From the NCBI GenBank assembly GCA_963779755.1, contig CAVZZO010000003.1, positions 288,001 to 352,000 on the forward strand: 64,000 nucleotides of DNA, written 5' to 3'. The translations under genes were made by a program, and so were the position numbers. Below the pieces are notes generated by a model, which was given only the letters and a program-made list of their open reading frames with translations, had not been told where the DNA came from and did no database searches. This document shows positions 9,139-19,100 of this stretch, piece after piece; position 1 is the first letter of the stretch; the number at the start of each line of letters is the position of its first letter. Source of the DNA: an uncultured Gemmatimonadales bacterium. Its GTDB lineage: Bacteria > Gemmatimonadota > Gemmatimonadetes > Gemmatimonadales > GWC2-71-9.

Positions 9139-9474
9139 TCAGGACCGGTTGGAGTGTTCGTTTTCCAACCGCTGGATGGCCGAGCGCAGATCGGCCCATT
9201 CCCGGTGATCCAACTGGATGCTTCCGGCAACGGCGTCATCTGCCAGGCCGGCAATGATGTCCACGGCCCGGCGGATCCGGAACCGTTCCAGGGGAGCCGA
9301 GTCGTCGGTGCTCGCGGAGGCCATGATGCTCCAGACCCGGAGGCGGACGTCGTCCACCGCACGTTTGAAATCCTCCAGAGCCGGCCGGGGGATGCGCCCC
9401 TTGTCGAGCTGGGCCTCGATAGCCTGCAGAGTCGCCCGGATCGCGCCTACCTGGGTGGTCAGCGAGTGTGCCAT
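9139..9474 (-). CDS. Hypothetical helical protein
   Basis: 111-aa amphipathic ORF with RBS (GAGGAG) and plausible codon usage. Confidence 0.7.
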   Translation of the reverse strand: MAHSLTTQVGAIRATLQAIEAQLDKGRIPRPALEDFKRAVDDVRLRVWSIMASASTDDSAPLERFRIRRAVDIIAGLADDAVAGSIQLDHREWADLRSAIQRLENEHSNRS

Positions 9475-9582
9475 TGTACGATGCTCCTCGGGTCGATTAT
9501 TCCGTCCGCCTCTCCACCGCCGCCCTTGCCCGCGCGGGTATACCGTGACAGGAGCGGGGTGTTCGAGCGCGCATCCCGCGGC

Positions 9583-9867
9583 TCAGGGCTGCCCGCTCCC
9601 GGGAGGCTCTCCGCGTTCACCCCGGGTGAGCAGGCGCTCGGCGAAGTCCATCCGCTCGCTTACCTCCACCAATTCCTGCCGGAGTTCCTGAACCTCCTGC
9701 GCCAGCGCATCGAGCTCCGCGGCGGTTTCGGCGTTGAGCCCCGCGCGGGCCTTCGCCTCTTCCACCCGCAGCCGCATGTTCTTGTTGATCCCGCTGAAGA
9801 TCACGGCGGCCACGGGAATGGCCAGGGCCAGGATGGGAATGAAGAGCGCCAGGGTCTGCCGGTCCAT
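9583..9867 (-). CDS. Hypothetical TM plus coiled-coil protein (PspB-like architecture)
   Basis: N-terminal TM helix followed by a heptad region ending ERMDFAERLL. Confidence 0.7.
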   Translation of the reverse strand: MDRQTLALFIPILALAIPVAAVIFSGINKNMRLRVEEAKARAGLNAETAAELDALAQEVQELRQELVEVSERMDFAERLLTRGERGEPPGSGQP

Positions 9868-9877
9868 GATTGGGCTC

Positions 9878-10096
9878 TCAGTGACGAGAGGAAGCCTCGT
9901 TGCCCGGATTCTCCAGCTCGGAGCGGCTCCGCCGCCGCATGGCTGTGCTCAGGAGAAGAAACGCCAGGGCGATATAGAGGAATGTGCGGTTGAAGCCCAG
10001 GCCGGTGAACTTGGGCGCTACCGCAATCGCCAGGAACACGATTCCCAGAATAAGAGAGACCCGGTGGCCCGTGCGGGCAGCGTTGGCCGTCGACAT
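9878..10096 (-). CDS. Small two-TM membrane protein
   Basis: Two hydrophobic segments and an RBS (GGAGG). Confidence 0.6.
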   Translation of the reverse strand: MSTANAARTGHRVSLILGIVFLAIAVAPKFTGLGFNRTFLYIALAFLLLSTAMRRRSRSELENPGNEASSRH

Positions 10097-10175
10097 GAGG
10101 CCTCCCGACGAGGAAGATACGGCAGGGGATTCATTTCAAAATACTCGGCGGCAGGCGGATGGCGAGAGCCGCCGG

Positions 10176-10532
10176 TCAGCGCCGCACCGTCCCTCGTACC
10201 CGGCCGCTGTTACACTCGACCCGGACCAGCTGATCGGGAGCGAGGCCGTAGCTGCCAGGGGGCGCTTCGTAGTCGCCATCTCCGCCGTAGGAGCGGATCA
10301 TCCGCAGGCGAATGGCGCGCGACGGATCGGCCATGGGGCTGCGGCATCCGCTGCCGGCGATGGTATCCGCCGGCAGGATCCGGAGGCCTCCTGGCACCGG
10401 CTCGAGGCGCAGCGGCAGCGCGGGAACGGGACGGATAGTCTCATTGCCCGGCCAGGAAGAAGGACCGCCGGCGCAGGCGGCAAGAAGGCAGAGGGCGGCT
10501 GCCGGGAGCAGCCGCCCGGGAGAAGTCGGCAC
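10176..10532 (-). CDS. Putative lipoprotein
   Basis: Lipobox LAAC. C-terminal GDYEAPPGSYGL...LVRVEC. Confidence 0.65.
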   Translation of the reverse strand: MPTSPGRLLPAAALCLLAACAGGPSSWPGNETIRPVPALPLRLEPVPGGLRILPADTIAGSGCRSPMADPSRAIRLRMIRSYGGDGDYEAPPGSYGLAPDQLVRVECNSGRVRGTVRR

Positions 10533-10576
10533 CGCTCAAAGCTAACAGCCGGCCGCCTCCGGTGGCAGCCGCCTGA

Positions 10577-11035
10577 TCAGGGCGCCTTGACCAGCACGCC
10601 CACCGCGCTGGCGCTGGAGTCGGCGTGGGTCGAGTCGATAATGGGCCAATCCCATCGAATATCCCCGCTGTTGATCGCCATCGTCGTGGCGCTGGTCAGG
10701 TTGTAGGAGAAGTGCGCGGTGGTCGCGTTCACGTTGAACAACGGCAGCGTGATGGTCCGACCGACGGTATCAACCGTACCCGAGAGATTCGCGGTATCAC
10801 TACCCAAGATCCGCTGCGCCGATACCGATGTGTTGGCAATGGTGAGGGTGAGGTCGGGGTGTGCCTTGAGGGTGGTGTCGTTCACGTTGTAGATGGTGAA
10901 CGTCGAGGCGACCCAGGTGCCCGAGACATCCCCCCCGGTAGGGTTCGGTTTGGTCGAGGACGAGCCGCCGCAGGCACCCAGCGCCGCCGCGGCGGCCAGC
11001 AGGAAAAACCGTGAGCAACGCAGAGATGGTATCAT
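10577..11035 (-). CDS. Putative lipoprotein (beta-rich, lipocalin-like N-terminus)
   Basis: Lipobox LGAC, then GGSSS linker, DVSGTWV motif and Thr-rich beta strands. Confidence 0.7.
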   Translation of the reverse strand: MIPSLRCSRFFLLAAAAALGACGGSSSTKPNPTGGDVSGTWVASTFTIYNVNDTTLKAHPDLTLTIANTSVSAQRILGSDTANLSGTVDTVGRTITLPLFNVNATTAHFSYNLTSATTMAINSGDIRWDWPIIDSTHADSSASAVGVLVKAP

Positions 11036-11404
11036 GGCCCCGCTCGGTGAGGTAGGAATGCCGGCACGCCGGCGCGCAGCCGCGGATGAGCCCCAGAGGG
11101 AGACGACCAAACCGGCTTCCCTGACACGCCCCCCCGGAGGGCCTGCCCCGAAGTATGAAACCGCATAGCCGACTGGCGCAATCGCCGATGGGGCCGCCCG
11201 CCGGGGGCGGGAGGGGCTCCCTCCCGGTTTGAAAGAAGTCTTCACCCTTTCTTTCGCCGTCATTCACCCCCCCTTCATTACGATGTGCATGCCGGTCAGG
11301 CGAGTAGCCCGGCCGGCTTCGTCCGTGACCGCGGCCGCATCCCCCACGGTGGCCCGGTGGCAGTCCACGGACGGTCCTGGCCCCCGGACCCTCGGAGTCT
11401 GGTC

Positions 11405-13336
11405 ATGCCTACGTCTGTCGCAGGTTCTTCGTCCGCGCCCGCGATCGCGGCCACCCCCGCCACCACGCGCCGGCTTTCTGAGCATACCGTCGAGATCGTC
11501 TCCGATTCCGGCGAAGGCGCCCAGAAATGCGGCCAGATCTTCGGCGCTGTTTCGGCCAAGATGGGCAACGGGGTCTGGACGGTCGAGATCATCCCGGCGG
11601 AGATCCAGCCGCCGCCCCGGGTCCCGGAAGGGGCCAGCGGTATCCGGATCCGGTTCGGCACCGAGCCGGTGACCAACTGGGGCGACAATACCCGCCTGGT
11701 GGTGGCCTTCAACGAACAGGTACTCCTGGCCCGACACCGCCTGGGCGCGCTCGCGCCCGACGCCACCGTCCTGCTGGAGAACAAGTGGGCCAATCATCCG
11801 GATGACGATGTCCGCCGTGCCTGGGAATCGGCACTGCAGGAGCTGGCGGCGCATTCCTATCGCATCGTTCCCGTGCCCATGGACGAGCAGTGTCTGACCA
11901 TCGTGGATAATCCGCGCAAGGGCAAGAACATGTTTGCCCTGGGGATGCTGGCCTGGATCTACCAGCGCGACCTCGACCGGATCCGCGACCAGATCGCCTA
12001 CGCCTTCCGCAAGAAGTCCGAGGCGGTCTACACCCAGAACGTCGCCCTGCTGGAGCTGGGGTACGCCTGGGCGGGCGAGCATCTGGATTTCCGCTATGAG
12101 GTCCCGGCCGCGCCGGCGACGGAACCGATGGTAGTGATGAACGGCAACGAGGCGGCCGGCATGGGCGCCATCGCGGCGGGGTTCGAACTGTGCGCCATGT
12201 ACCCCATTACCCCGGCCACCTCCGCCTCGCATTACCTGGGCGAAGTCTTCCATCGTTTCGGCGGGGTGCTGCATCAGGCGGAGGACGAGATCGCCGCGGT
12301 GGGCGTGGCCATCGGCGCCTCCTATGCGGGCAAAGTCGCCCTCACCATCACCAGCGGACCGGGGCTGGCGCTCAAGACCGAGTTCCTGGGCCTCGCGGTC
12401 ATGGCGGAAATCCCGCTGGTGGTGCTGGACGTCCAGCGGGGCGGCCCCAGCACGGGGCTCCCCACCAAGGTGGAGCAGTCGGATCTGCTGGCGGTGCTGT
12501 TCGGCCAGCCGGGCGATGCGCCCAAGGTGGTGCTGGCTCCGGCCACCATCGAAGAGTGCTTCCACGTGATGCTCACCGCCCGCCGGCTGGCCGAGGCGTT
12601 CCGCTGTGTCGTAGTGGTGCTGTCGGATGCCAATCTCGCCACCGGCGTCCAGCCCTTCCCCCGGCCAGTCCCGGAGGAACGCTGGCTGCGTACGTCGCTG
12701 GACCTGGGGCCGGTGCCGGAGGGGCAGAAGGCCTACGACTGGAATCCCGAGACGGGCCTCTCGCGCCGGGTCATCCCGGGCCAGGCCAACGGGATGTACA
12801 CCCTGACGGGCCTGGCGCACGACAGCCGCAGCAAGGTGGCCTACAGCAGCGGCATTCACCAGCACAGCTCCGCCATGCGCAGCCGGAAACTGGCCACCCT
12901 GCAGCAGACCCTGCTGCCCCCGGCGGTCAATGGCGACGACTCGGGCGATCTCCTGCTGGTGGGCTGGGGAAGCACCAAGGGAGCCATCGAGGAAGCCGTG
13001 GCCCGGGCGCGTGCCGGCGGGCTCCGCGTGAGCTCGGTGCACCTCACCTTCCTCTCGCCGCTGCAGCCCGGACTGCGCGAGATCTTCGCCCGTTTCGGCC
13101 GGGTCTGCACCGTGGAGCTCAACTACAGCGACGACCCGTCGGCGCCCGGCATTACGCCGGAGAACCGCCGCATGGGCCAGCTCGCCTGGCTGCTGCGCGC
13201 CGCCACACTGGTGGACGTGGACTGCTGGACCCGTGTGCCAGGCGAGCCGCTGCGGCCGCAGGCCATTCTGGAAGCCATTCAGGCCCGGCTCGATGGAGCC
13301 GGGGCCGCCTCTCCGATGACGCGAGGTGCCAAGTGA
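11405..13336 (+). CDS. korA: 2-oxoacid:ferredoxin oxidoreductase subunit alpha (gamma-alpha fusion, KorA type)
   Basis: DSGEGAQ, KNMFALG, MNGNEA, YPITPA, QAEDEIAA, TSGPG, DVQRGGPSTGLPTK, GWGST. Confidence 0.92.
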   Translation: MPTSVAGSSSAPAIAATPATTRRLSEHTVEIVSDSGEGAQKCGQIFGAVSAKMGNGVWTVEIIPAEIQPPPRVPEGASGIRIRFGTEPVTNWGDNTRLVVAFNEQVLLARHRLGALAPDATVLLENKWANHPDDDVRRAWESALQELAAHSYRIVPVPMDEQCLTIVDNPRKGKNMFALGMLAWIYQRDLDRIRDQIAYAFRKKSEAVYTQNVALLELGYAWAGEHLDFRYEVPAAPATEPMVVMNGNEAAGMGAIAAGFELCAMYPITPATSASHYLGEVFHRFGGVLHQAEDEIAAVGVAIGASYAGKVALTITSGPGLALKTEFLGLAVMAEIPLVVLDVQRGGPSTGLPTKVEQSDLLAVLFGQPGDAPKVVLAPATIEECFHVMLTARRLAEAFRCVVVVLSDANLATGVQPFPRPVPEERWLRTSLDLGPVPEGQKAYDWNPETGLSRRVIPGQANGMYTLTGLAHDSRSKVAYSSGIHQHSSAMRSRKLATLQQTLLPPAVNGDDSGDLLLVGWGSTKGAIEEAVARARAGGLRVSSVHLTFLSPLQPGLREIFARFGRVCTVELNYSDDPSAPGITPENRRMGQLAWLLRAATLVDVDCWTRVPGEPLRPQAILEAIQARLDGAGAASPMTRGAK

Positions 13337-14295
13337 ACGCCGGCGAGATGCTCTGCCCGCTGCTCCATGCCGTTGCCGAGCCGGGCGATCTCTCCTTCGA
13401 GATGTCGGATTACGAGGGCGCGCAGGCGCGCTGGTGCCCGGGCTGCGGCGATCATTCGGTCCTCACCGCGGTCGAGAAGCTGCTGGTGAGCGAACAGCTC
13501 CGCCCGGAACAGACGGTGTTCGTCTCCGGGATCGGCTGCTCCAGCCGCTTTCCCCACTACCTCAAGACCTACGGTTTCCACGGCATTCACGGCCGCGCGC
13601 TGCCGGTGGCAACCGGCATCAAGCTGCACCGGCCCGACCTCACCGTCTTCGTGGTGATGGGCGACGGCGATTGCACCTCGATCGGCGCGGGGCACTGGCT
13701 GCATGCGCTGCGCTATAACGTGCGCATGGTCGCCATGGTGCTCGACAACGCCATCTACGGCCTGACCAAGAACCAGACCTCGCCCACGACGCCGCAGGGG
13801 CATCCCAGCAACACGCAGCCCGGGGGCAGCTATCTCCCTGCCCTGAACCCCATCTCCATGGCGCTGGGGGTAAGCAACGCATCCTTCGTGGCCCAGACGG
13901 CGGAGTGGGTGCCGGCGCACCTGCTGGCCACGCTGCGCGCGGCCTATCACCATGAGGGGCTTGCCTTCGTGCGGATACTGCAGCGCTGCCCGGTGTTCAC
14001 TCCGGGCATCTTCCAGCAGGCGGTCCAGAAGCCCGACCTGATCGAGCTTCTGGTGCACGACGACGGTGTCGCCGCCCCGGAGCTGGAGAAGACCTACAAG
14101 AACCGCATCACACATGACCCGCACGACCTGGATCAGGCCCGCCGGCTGGCCGAGATGTCGGACCGGGTACGGCTCGGCGTGTTCTACCGGGACGAGTCGC
14201 GTGCCCGGTACGACCTCATCCGGCAGGTGCCGGCCCGCACGGCGGCCGACCGGATCTCCCTGCTCAACGCGGAGCTCGACAAGTATGCCGTCTGA
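13333..14295 (+). CDS. korB: 2-oxoacid:ferredoxin oxidoreductase subunit beta (TPP-binding)
   Basis: WCPGCGD, SGIGCSSR, HGRALP, GDGD..., DNAIYGLTKNQ, QRCP. GTGA overlap with korA. Confidence 0.92.
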   Translation: MNAGEMLCPLLHAVAEPGDLSFEMSDYEGAQARWCPGCGDHSVLTAVEKLLVSEQLRPEQTVFVSGIGCSSRFPHYLKTYGFHGIHGRALPVATGIKLHRPDLTVFVVMGDGDCTSIGAGHWLHALRYNVRMVAMVLDNAIYGLTKNQTSPTTPQGHPSNTQPGGSYLPALNPISMALGVSNASFVAQTAEWVPAHLLATLRAAYHHEGLAFVRILQRCPVFTPGIFQQAVQKPDLIELLVHDDGVAAPELEKTYKNRITHDPHDLDQARRLAEMSDRVRLGVFYRDESRARYDLIRQVPARTAADRISLLNAELDKYAV

Positions 14296-15295
14296 TCCTC
14301 GACTGGAGCAGGTCCAGGCCCTGGTGGCCGATGCCCAGGTGCGCTGCCGGGCGGCCATTGCCGCCGCGGCCGACCAGGTGGGCGACTATCTCGACAGCCA
14401 TCGGCAGCCGGCCGCGGGCGGCGGCGAGCCGCCGACGCGGCTGGGCCGGTTCGCGGCGGGGCGGATCAGCGAAAGCCGGTTCGCCTCGCTTTTCGAGCCC
14501 GACACGGTAGCCCCCGGGAGGCTGGAGCCCATGGAACGCGCCGCGGCGGTGCTGGCCGACGTCCTGGCGCAGGACGGCACCGCCGCGCAGATCCTGCCCC
14601 GGGGCGGCGATCTGGCGCGCCTGGTGGAAGACCAGCTGGCACGAACGGGCCGCGCCTTCGGCGCCGCGCTGCTGTTCCAGGCCGCCCGGGCCGGGGCATA
14701 CCGCCCCGATGAGCACGACCGGCTCCTGGAGGGGCTGCCCTTCAGACGCTGGAACCGGAGCGAGCGGCAGCTGGCACCGCCGATGGTCGTCCTGCTGGAC
14801 GGCGCCGATGCCCGGGCCGAAGGCCTGGCGCCGTTCCTCGACGGCGGCATCAAGATCGTCCTCGTCCTGGAGCCGCCCGTCTCACCGGCGCCGCTGGTCC
14901 GGCTGATCACTCCCGGCGTGTTCGTCATGCAGACGTCCAATCCAGCCGACCTCTCCCGGCTGATGAGCTTCGGCGGCCCCGGGATCGCGGCCCTGGTGCC
15001 CGAGGGCGCCGCCCGGTTCGTACACGATCCGGCCGCTGGCGGCGCTCTGGGTCAGCGGCTCGAGATTCAGCAGTTGCCGCCGGAGCCGCCCCGGGCACCG
15101 CTGGGAGGGCGCAGCGCCTGGCAGCAGCGGGAGGAGTTGACCCAGCTGGCGCTGCTGGCCGATCTCGCAGCGGCCCCGCCTGCCCTGGCACCCACCGGCG
15201 CACCGGCGGGCGGCGCGCAGTCGGTCGATGCCCTGGCGTCCTGGCTGCTGGCACAGGCCGGGCTGTCCCCCGCTCCGGGAGCACCGGCGACATGA
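14285..15295 (+). CDS. Uncharacterised protein OrfX, degenerate paralogue of the PFOR TPP-binding (beta) domain
   Basis: ATG overlaps korB and the stop overlaps rnfB (ATGA). Manual alignment to the downstream PFOR C-terminal domain is described in findings. Confidence 0.8.
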   Translation: MPSDPRLEQVQALVADAQVRCRAAIAAAADQVGDYLDSHRQPAAGGGEPPTRLGRFAAGRISESRFASLFEPDTVAPGRLEPMERAAAVLADVLAQDGTAAQILPRGGDLARLVEDQLARTGRAFGAALLFQAARAGAYRPDEHDRLLEGLPFRRWNRSERQLAPPMVVLLDGADARAEGLAPFLDGGIKIVLVLEPPVSPAPLVRLITPGVFVMQTSNPADLSRLMSFGGPGIAALVPEGAARFVHDPAAGGALGQRLEIQQLPPEPPRAPLGGRSAWQQREELTQLALLADLAAAPPALAPTGAPAGGAQSVDALASWLLAQAGLSPAPGAPAT

Positions 15296-16122
15296 TCTTC
15301 GCCGCCGTCGCCATCCTGGGCAGCGTCGGTCTCGTCTTCGGGACCCTCATCGCCCTCGCCAACCGGAAGCTCAAGGTCTGGGAAGACCCGCGTATCGACG
15401 TGGTGAACGGCCTGCTGCCCAACGCCAACTGCGGCGCCTGCGGCGAGCCGGGCTGCCGCGCCTTTGCCGAAAAGCTGGTGGCGGGTGCGGTAAAGCCGGC
15501 GGACTGCAATGTGGCCACCGATGAGGCGCGGGCGCAGATCGCGAGCTACCTGGGGGTGGATGCGGGCCAGGCGGTGCGCATCGGCGCGCGTCTGCTCTGC
15601 GCCGGCGGTGCCGCGGTGGCCCGCCAGCAGGCGGAGTACCGCGGGCTGCCCACCTGTGCCGCCGCGGCGGCCGTGGGCGGCGGCGGCAAGGGCTGCACCT
15701 GGGGCTGCCTGGGGCTGGCCGACTGCGTCCGTGCGTGCACCTTCGACGCCATGCGCATGAGCGGCGACGGCCTCCCGCTCATCGACCTGGAGAAGTGCAC
15801 CGCCTGCGGCGACTGCGTCACCGCCTGCCCCAAGGACCTGCTCGCCATCATGCCGCTGGATCAGCACCTGCTGGTGCGGTGCCGCAATCTCATGGCCGGC
15901 GACGACATTCTGGAAGACTGCAAGGTGGCCTGTACCACGTGCGGCAAGTGCGTGGCCGACGCGGCGGCGGGACTCATCAGCATCAGCAGCGGCGTCGCGG
16001 TGGTGGACTACCGGCTCAACGCCATGGCCGACGCGGCGGCAATCGCGCGCTGTCCGACCGGGGCTATCGTCTGGCTGGAGACGGGCTCCACCGCCTCCCT
16101 ACTCGTCGGGAGCACAACGTGA
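15292..16122 (+). CDS. rnfB: Rnf electron transport complex subunit B
   Basis: N-terminal TM, LPNANCGACGEPGC Fe-S domain, CTWGCLGLADCVRAC, CTACGDCVTACP. Confidence 0.92.
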   Translation: MIFAAVAILGSVGLVFGTLIALANRKLKVWEDPRIDVVNGLLPNANCGACGEPGCRAFAEKLVAGAVKPADCNVATDEARAQIASYLGVDAGQAVRIGARLLCAGGAAVARQQAEYRGLPTCAAAAAVGGGGKGCTWGCLGLADCVRACTFDAMRMSGDGLPLIDLEKCTACGDCVTACPKDLLAIMPLDQHLLVRCRNLMAGDDILEDCKVACTTCGKCVADAAAGLISISSGVAVVDYRLNAMADAAAIARCPTGAIVWLETGSTASLLVGSTT

Positions 16123-19100
16123 AACTCATGAGCACGTCGGCCAAGCCGGCGCCCAGGACCGAGCCCGCTGCCCCCCCGTTTCCCGGGACGCTCGAGGCGA
16201 TGGATGGCAGCGCCGCGGTGGTCGCCATGGAAACCCGCGCCAGCGAAGCGGCCGGCGCCTATCCCATCACCCCCTCCACCCAGATGGGCGAGGGGTGGGC
16301 CGCCGCGGTGGCCGACGGCACCCGGAACGTGAACGGCCGCCGGCTGATCTTCTTCGAGCCGGAAGGTGAGCATGCCGCCGCCGCGGTCACCGCGGGGCTC
16401 AGCATGACCGGGCTGCGGGCCGCCAACTTCTCCAGCGGCCAGGGCGTAGTGTACATGCACGAGTCGCTCTACCCCGCCGTGGGCAAGCGGCTCACCTATG
16501 TGCTCAACGTTGCCGCCCGGGCGCTCACCAAGCAGGCGCTCAACGTGCATGCCGGGCACGACGATTACCACGCGGTGGACGACACCGGCTTCTTTCAGCT
16601 CTTCGCCAAGGATGTCCAGGAGGTCGCCGACCTCAACCTGATTGCGCACCGCATCGCCGAGTTGTCGCTCAACCCCGGCATCCTGGCGCAGGACGGCTTC
16701 CTCACCAGCCACGTGCTGGAATCGCTGCGGGTGCCGGAGCCGGAGCTGATCCGCCGCTACCTGGGCGACCCCTCCGATCGCATTCCCTCGCCCACCCCGG
16801 CCCAACGGATGGTGTTCGGCGACGAGCGGCGGCGGATTCCCGAGCTGTTCGACGTGGACTACCCCGCCATGCTGGGCGTGGTCCAGAACCAGGACAGCTA
16901 CGCCCAGGGGGTGGCGGCGCAGCGGCCGTTCTACTTCGACCATGTAGCCGAGCTGTCCGACCGGGCGTTTGCCGAATTCGCGGCGCTCACCGGGCGCGCC
17001 TACGCGCGTTGCGGGGCCTACCGGCTGGAAGACGCGCAGTTCGTCATCGCCGGCCAGGGCAGCGTCATCCCCAACGCCGAGGCGATAGCCGACTGGTTGC
17101 GGGACACGCGGGGCCTGAAGGTAGGGGTGCTGAACCTCACCATGTTCCGTCCCTTCCCGGCCGACCTGGTGACCCGGCTGCTGGCGGGCAAGCGGGGTGT
17201 CGTGGTGCTGGAGCGCACCGACCAGCCCCTGGCGATCGACCCGCCGCTCCTGCGCGAGATCCGCGCGGCCATGAGCCAGGCGCTGGAGAACGGGCGCGAG
17301 GCGCAGTCGGCGCCGGTCCCCTACCCCGGGCTGGCCGGGCTGCAGCCGCACCAGGTACCCACCTTCTACAGTGGGTGTTTCGGGCTGGGCAGCAGGGATC
17401 TGCAGCCGGGCGACCTGGTGGCGGCAATAGAGAACATGCTGCCCGGGGGCCGCGGGCGGCGGCAGTTCTACCTCGGCATCGACTTCATCCGGACCGGCAC
17501 CCGTCTCCCCAAGCTGCAGATCTGGCAGGAACAGCTGCTGGAGCACTATCCCCAGCTGAAGGATCTGGCCTTGCCGTCCGCGGGCGACATCAACCTCATG
17601 TCGCCCAGTTCGGTCTCGCTGCGGATCCACTCGGTGGGCGGCTGGGGCGCGATCACCACGGGCAAGAACCTTTCGCTCACCGTGTTCGAGCTGCTCGGGA
17701 TGCACATCAAGGCCAACCCGAAATACGGCTCGGAAAAGAAGGGCCAGCCCACCACCTTCTACGCCACCTTCTCGCATGATCCGATCCGGCCCAACTGCGA
17801 ACTACGGCATGTGGACGTGGTGCTCTCGCCCGATCCCAACGTGTTCCGCCACTCCAATCCGCTGGCGGGCCTCTGCGATGGCGGTGTCTTCGTCATCCAG
17901 AGCGATCAGGCACCCGAGGATTTCTGGCGCGGCCTGCCGGCCTTTGCCCGGCACGACATCATGGAGCGGAAGATCCGGGTCTATACGCTGGACGCGTTTG
18001 CCATCGCGGCCAGCGAGGCCTCGGACGCCGAGCTGCGCTACCGGATGCAGGGCATCGCCTTCATGGGTGCCTTCTTCGCCGCCTCGCCGCTGCGGGAGCG
18101 GGAGGGCCTGAGCGAAGACGCGCTCTACGAGGGCATCCGCTCGCAGCTCACCCGGAAGTTTGGCTCCAAGGGCCAGCGGGTGGTGGAGGACAACCTGCGG
18201 GTGATCCGCCGCGGCGCGGCCGAGCTGCACGCCGTCACGGCGGCGGAGATTGCCGACGAGGCGGCGCCCGGCAGCGTTCCCGTCATGCCCGAGCTACTCC
18301 GCGCCGACAGCGCGGAACCGGGCATCGGCAATCAGGGCCGCTTCTGGGAGCAGGTGTGCTCGCTCTGGAAACTGGGGCAGGACGGGATCGCCGATCCCTT
18401 CGCGGCGATCAGCGCCATTCCGGCCGCGACCAGCGCGGTGCGGGACATGACCGACGTGCGCATGGAGGTGCCCCGGTTCATCGCCGAGAACTGCACCGGC
18501 TGCGCCCAGTGCTGGACCCAGTGCCCCGATGCCGCGATCCCCGGGCTGGTGACCGACCCCGAGGAGCTGCTGGCCGCCGCGGTGGCCCAGGCGGGCAGCC
18601 AGACCCCCATGGAGCGGCTGAAGCCCATCCTCAAGCCCCTGGGCCGCGAGGTGCGCCGGCTGCTGGGCGCCGGCCCCTTCACCTCCTTCGCCGATACGGT
18701 GGATCAGGCGGTGCAGGCGTTGAGCCCCAAGCTGGGGCTGGACCAGGCCAAACAGCAGGCGCTCGCCGCCGAAGTCGCGGCGGTCCGGACGGTGGTGGAA
18801 CGCTTCCCGCTGGCCCGGACGGCGGCCTTCTGGGACAACGCCGAGCGCAAGCAGAAGGGGTCGGGCGGGCTGCTGTCCATTACCATCAATCCGGAAGCCT
18901 GCAAAGGCTGCAACATCTGCGTGGATGTGTGCCCCGATGACGCCCTGGTCGCGGTGCGGCAGGACGAGGCGATGGTCTCCGAGCTGCGGACCAACTGGGC
19001 CTTCTGGCAGCGCCTGCCCGATACCCCCGACCGGTTCATCAACGTGCCGGATCTGGAACAGGGCATCGGGGTTCTCCCCACCCTGCTGCTGAAGAAAGGG

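Noticed and set aside
11036..11404. FNR or Rex box upstream of korA
   Set aside because: No convincing TTGAT-N4-ATCAA or TTGTGAA-N4-TTCACAA match. TTTGAAAGAAGTCTTCAC has the wrong spacing.
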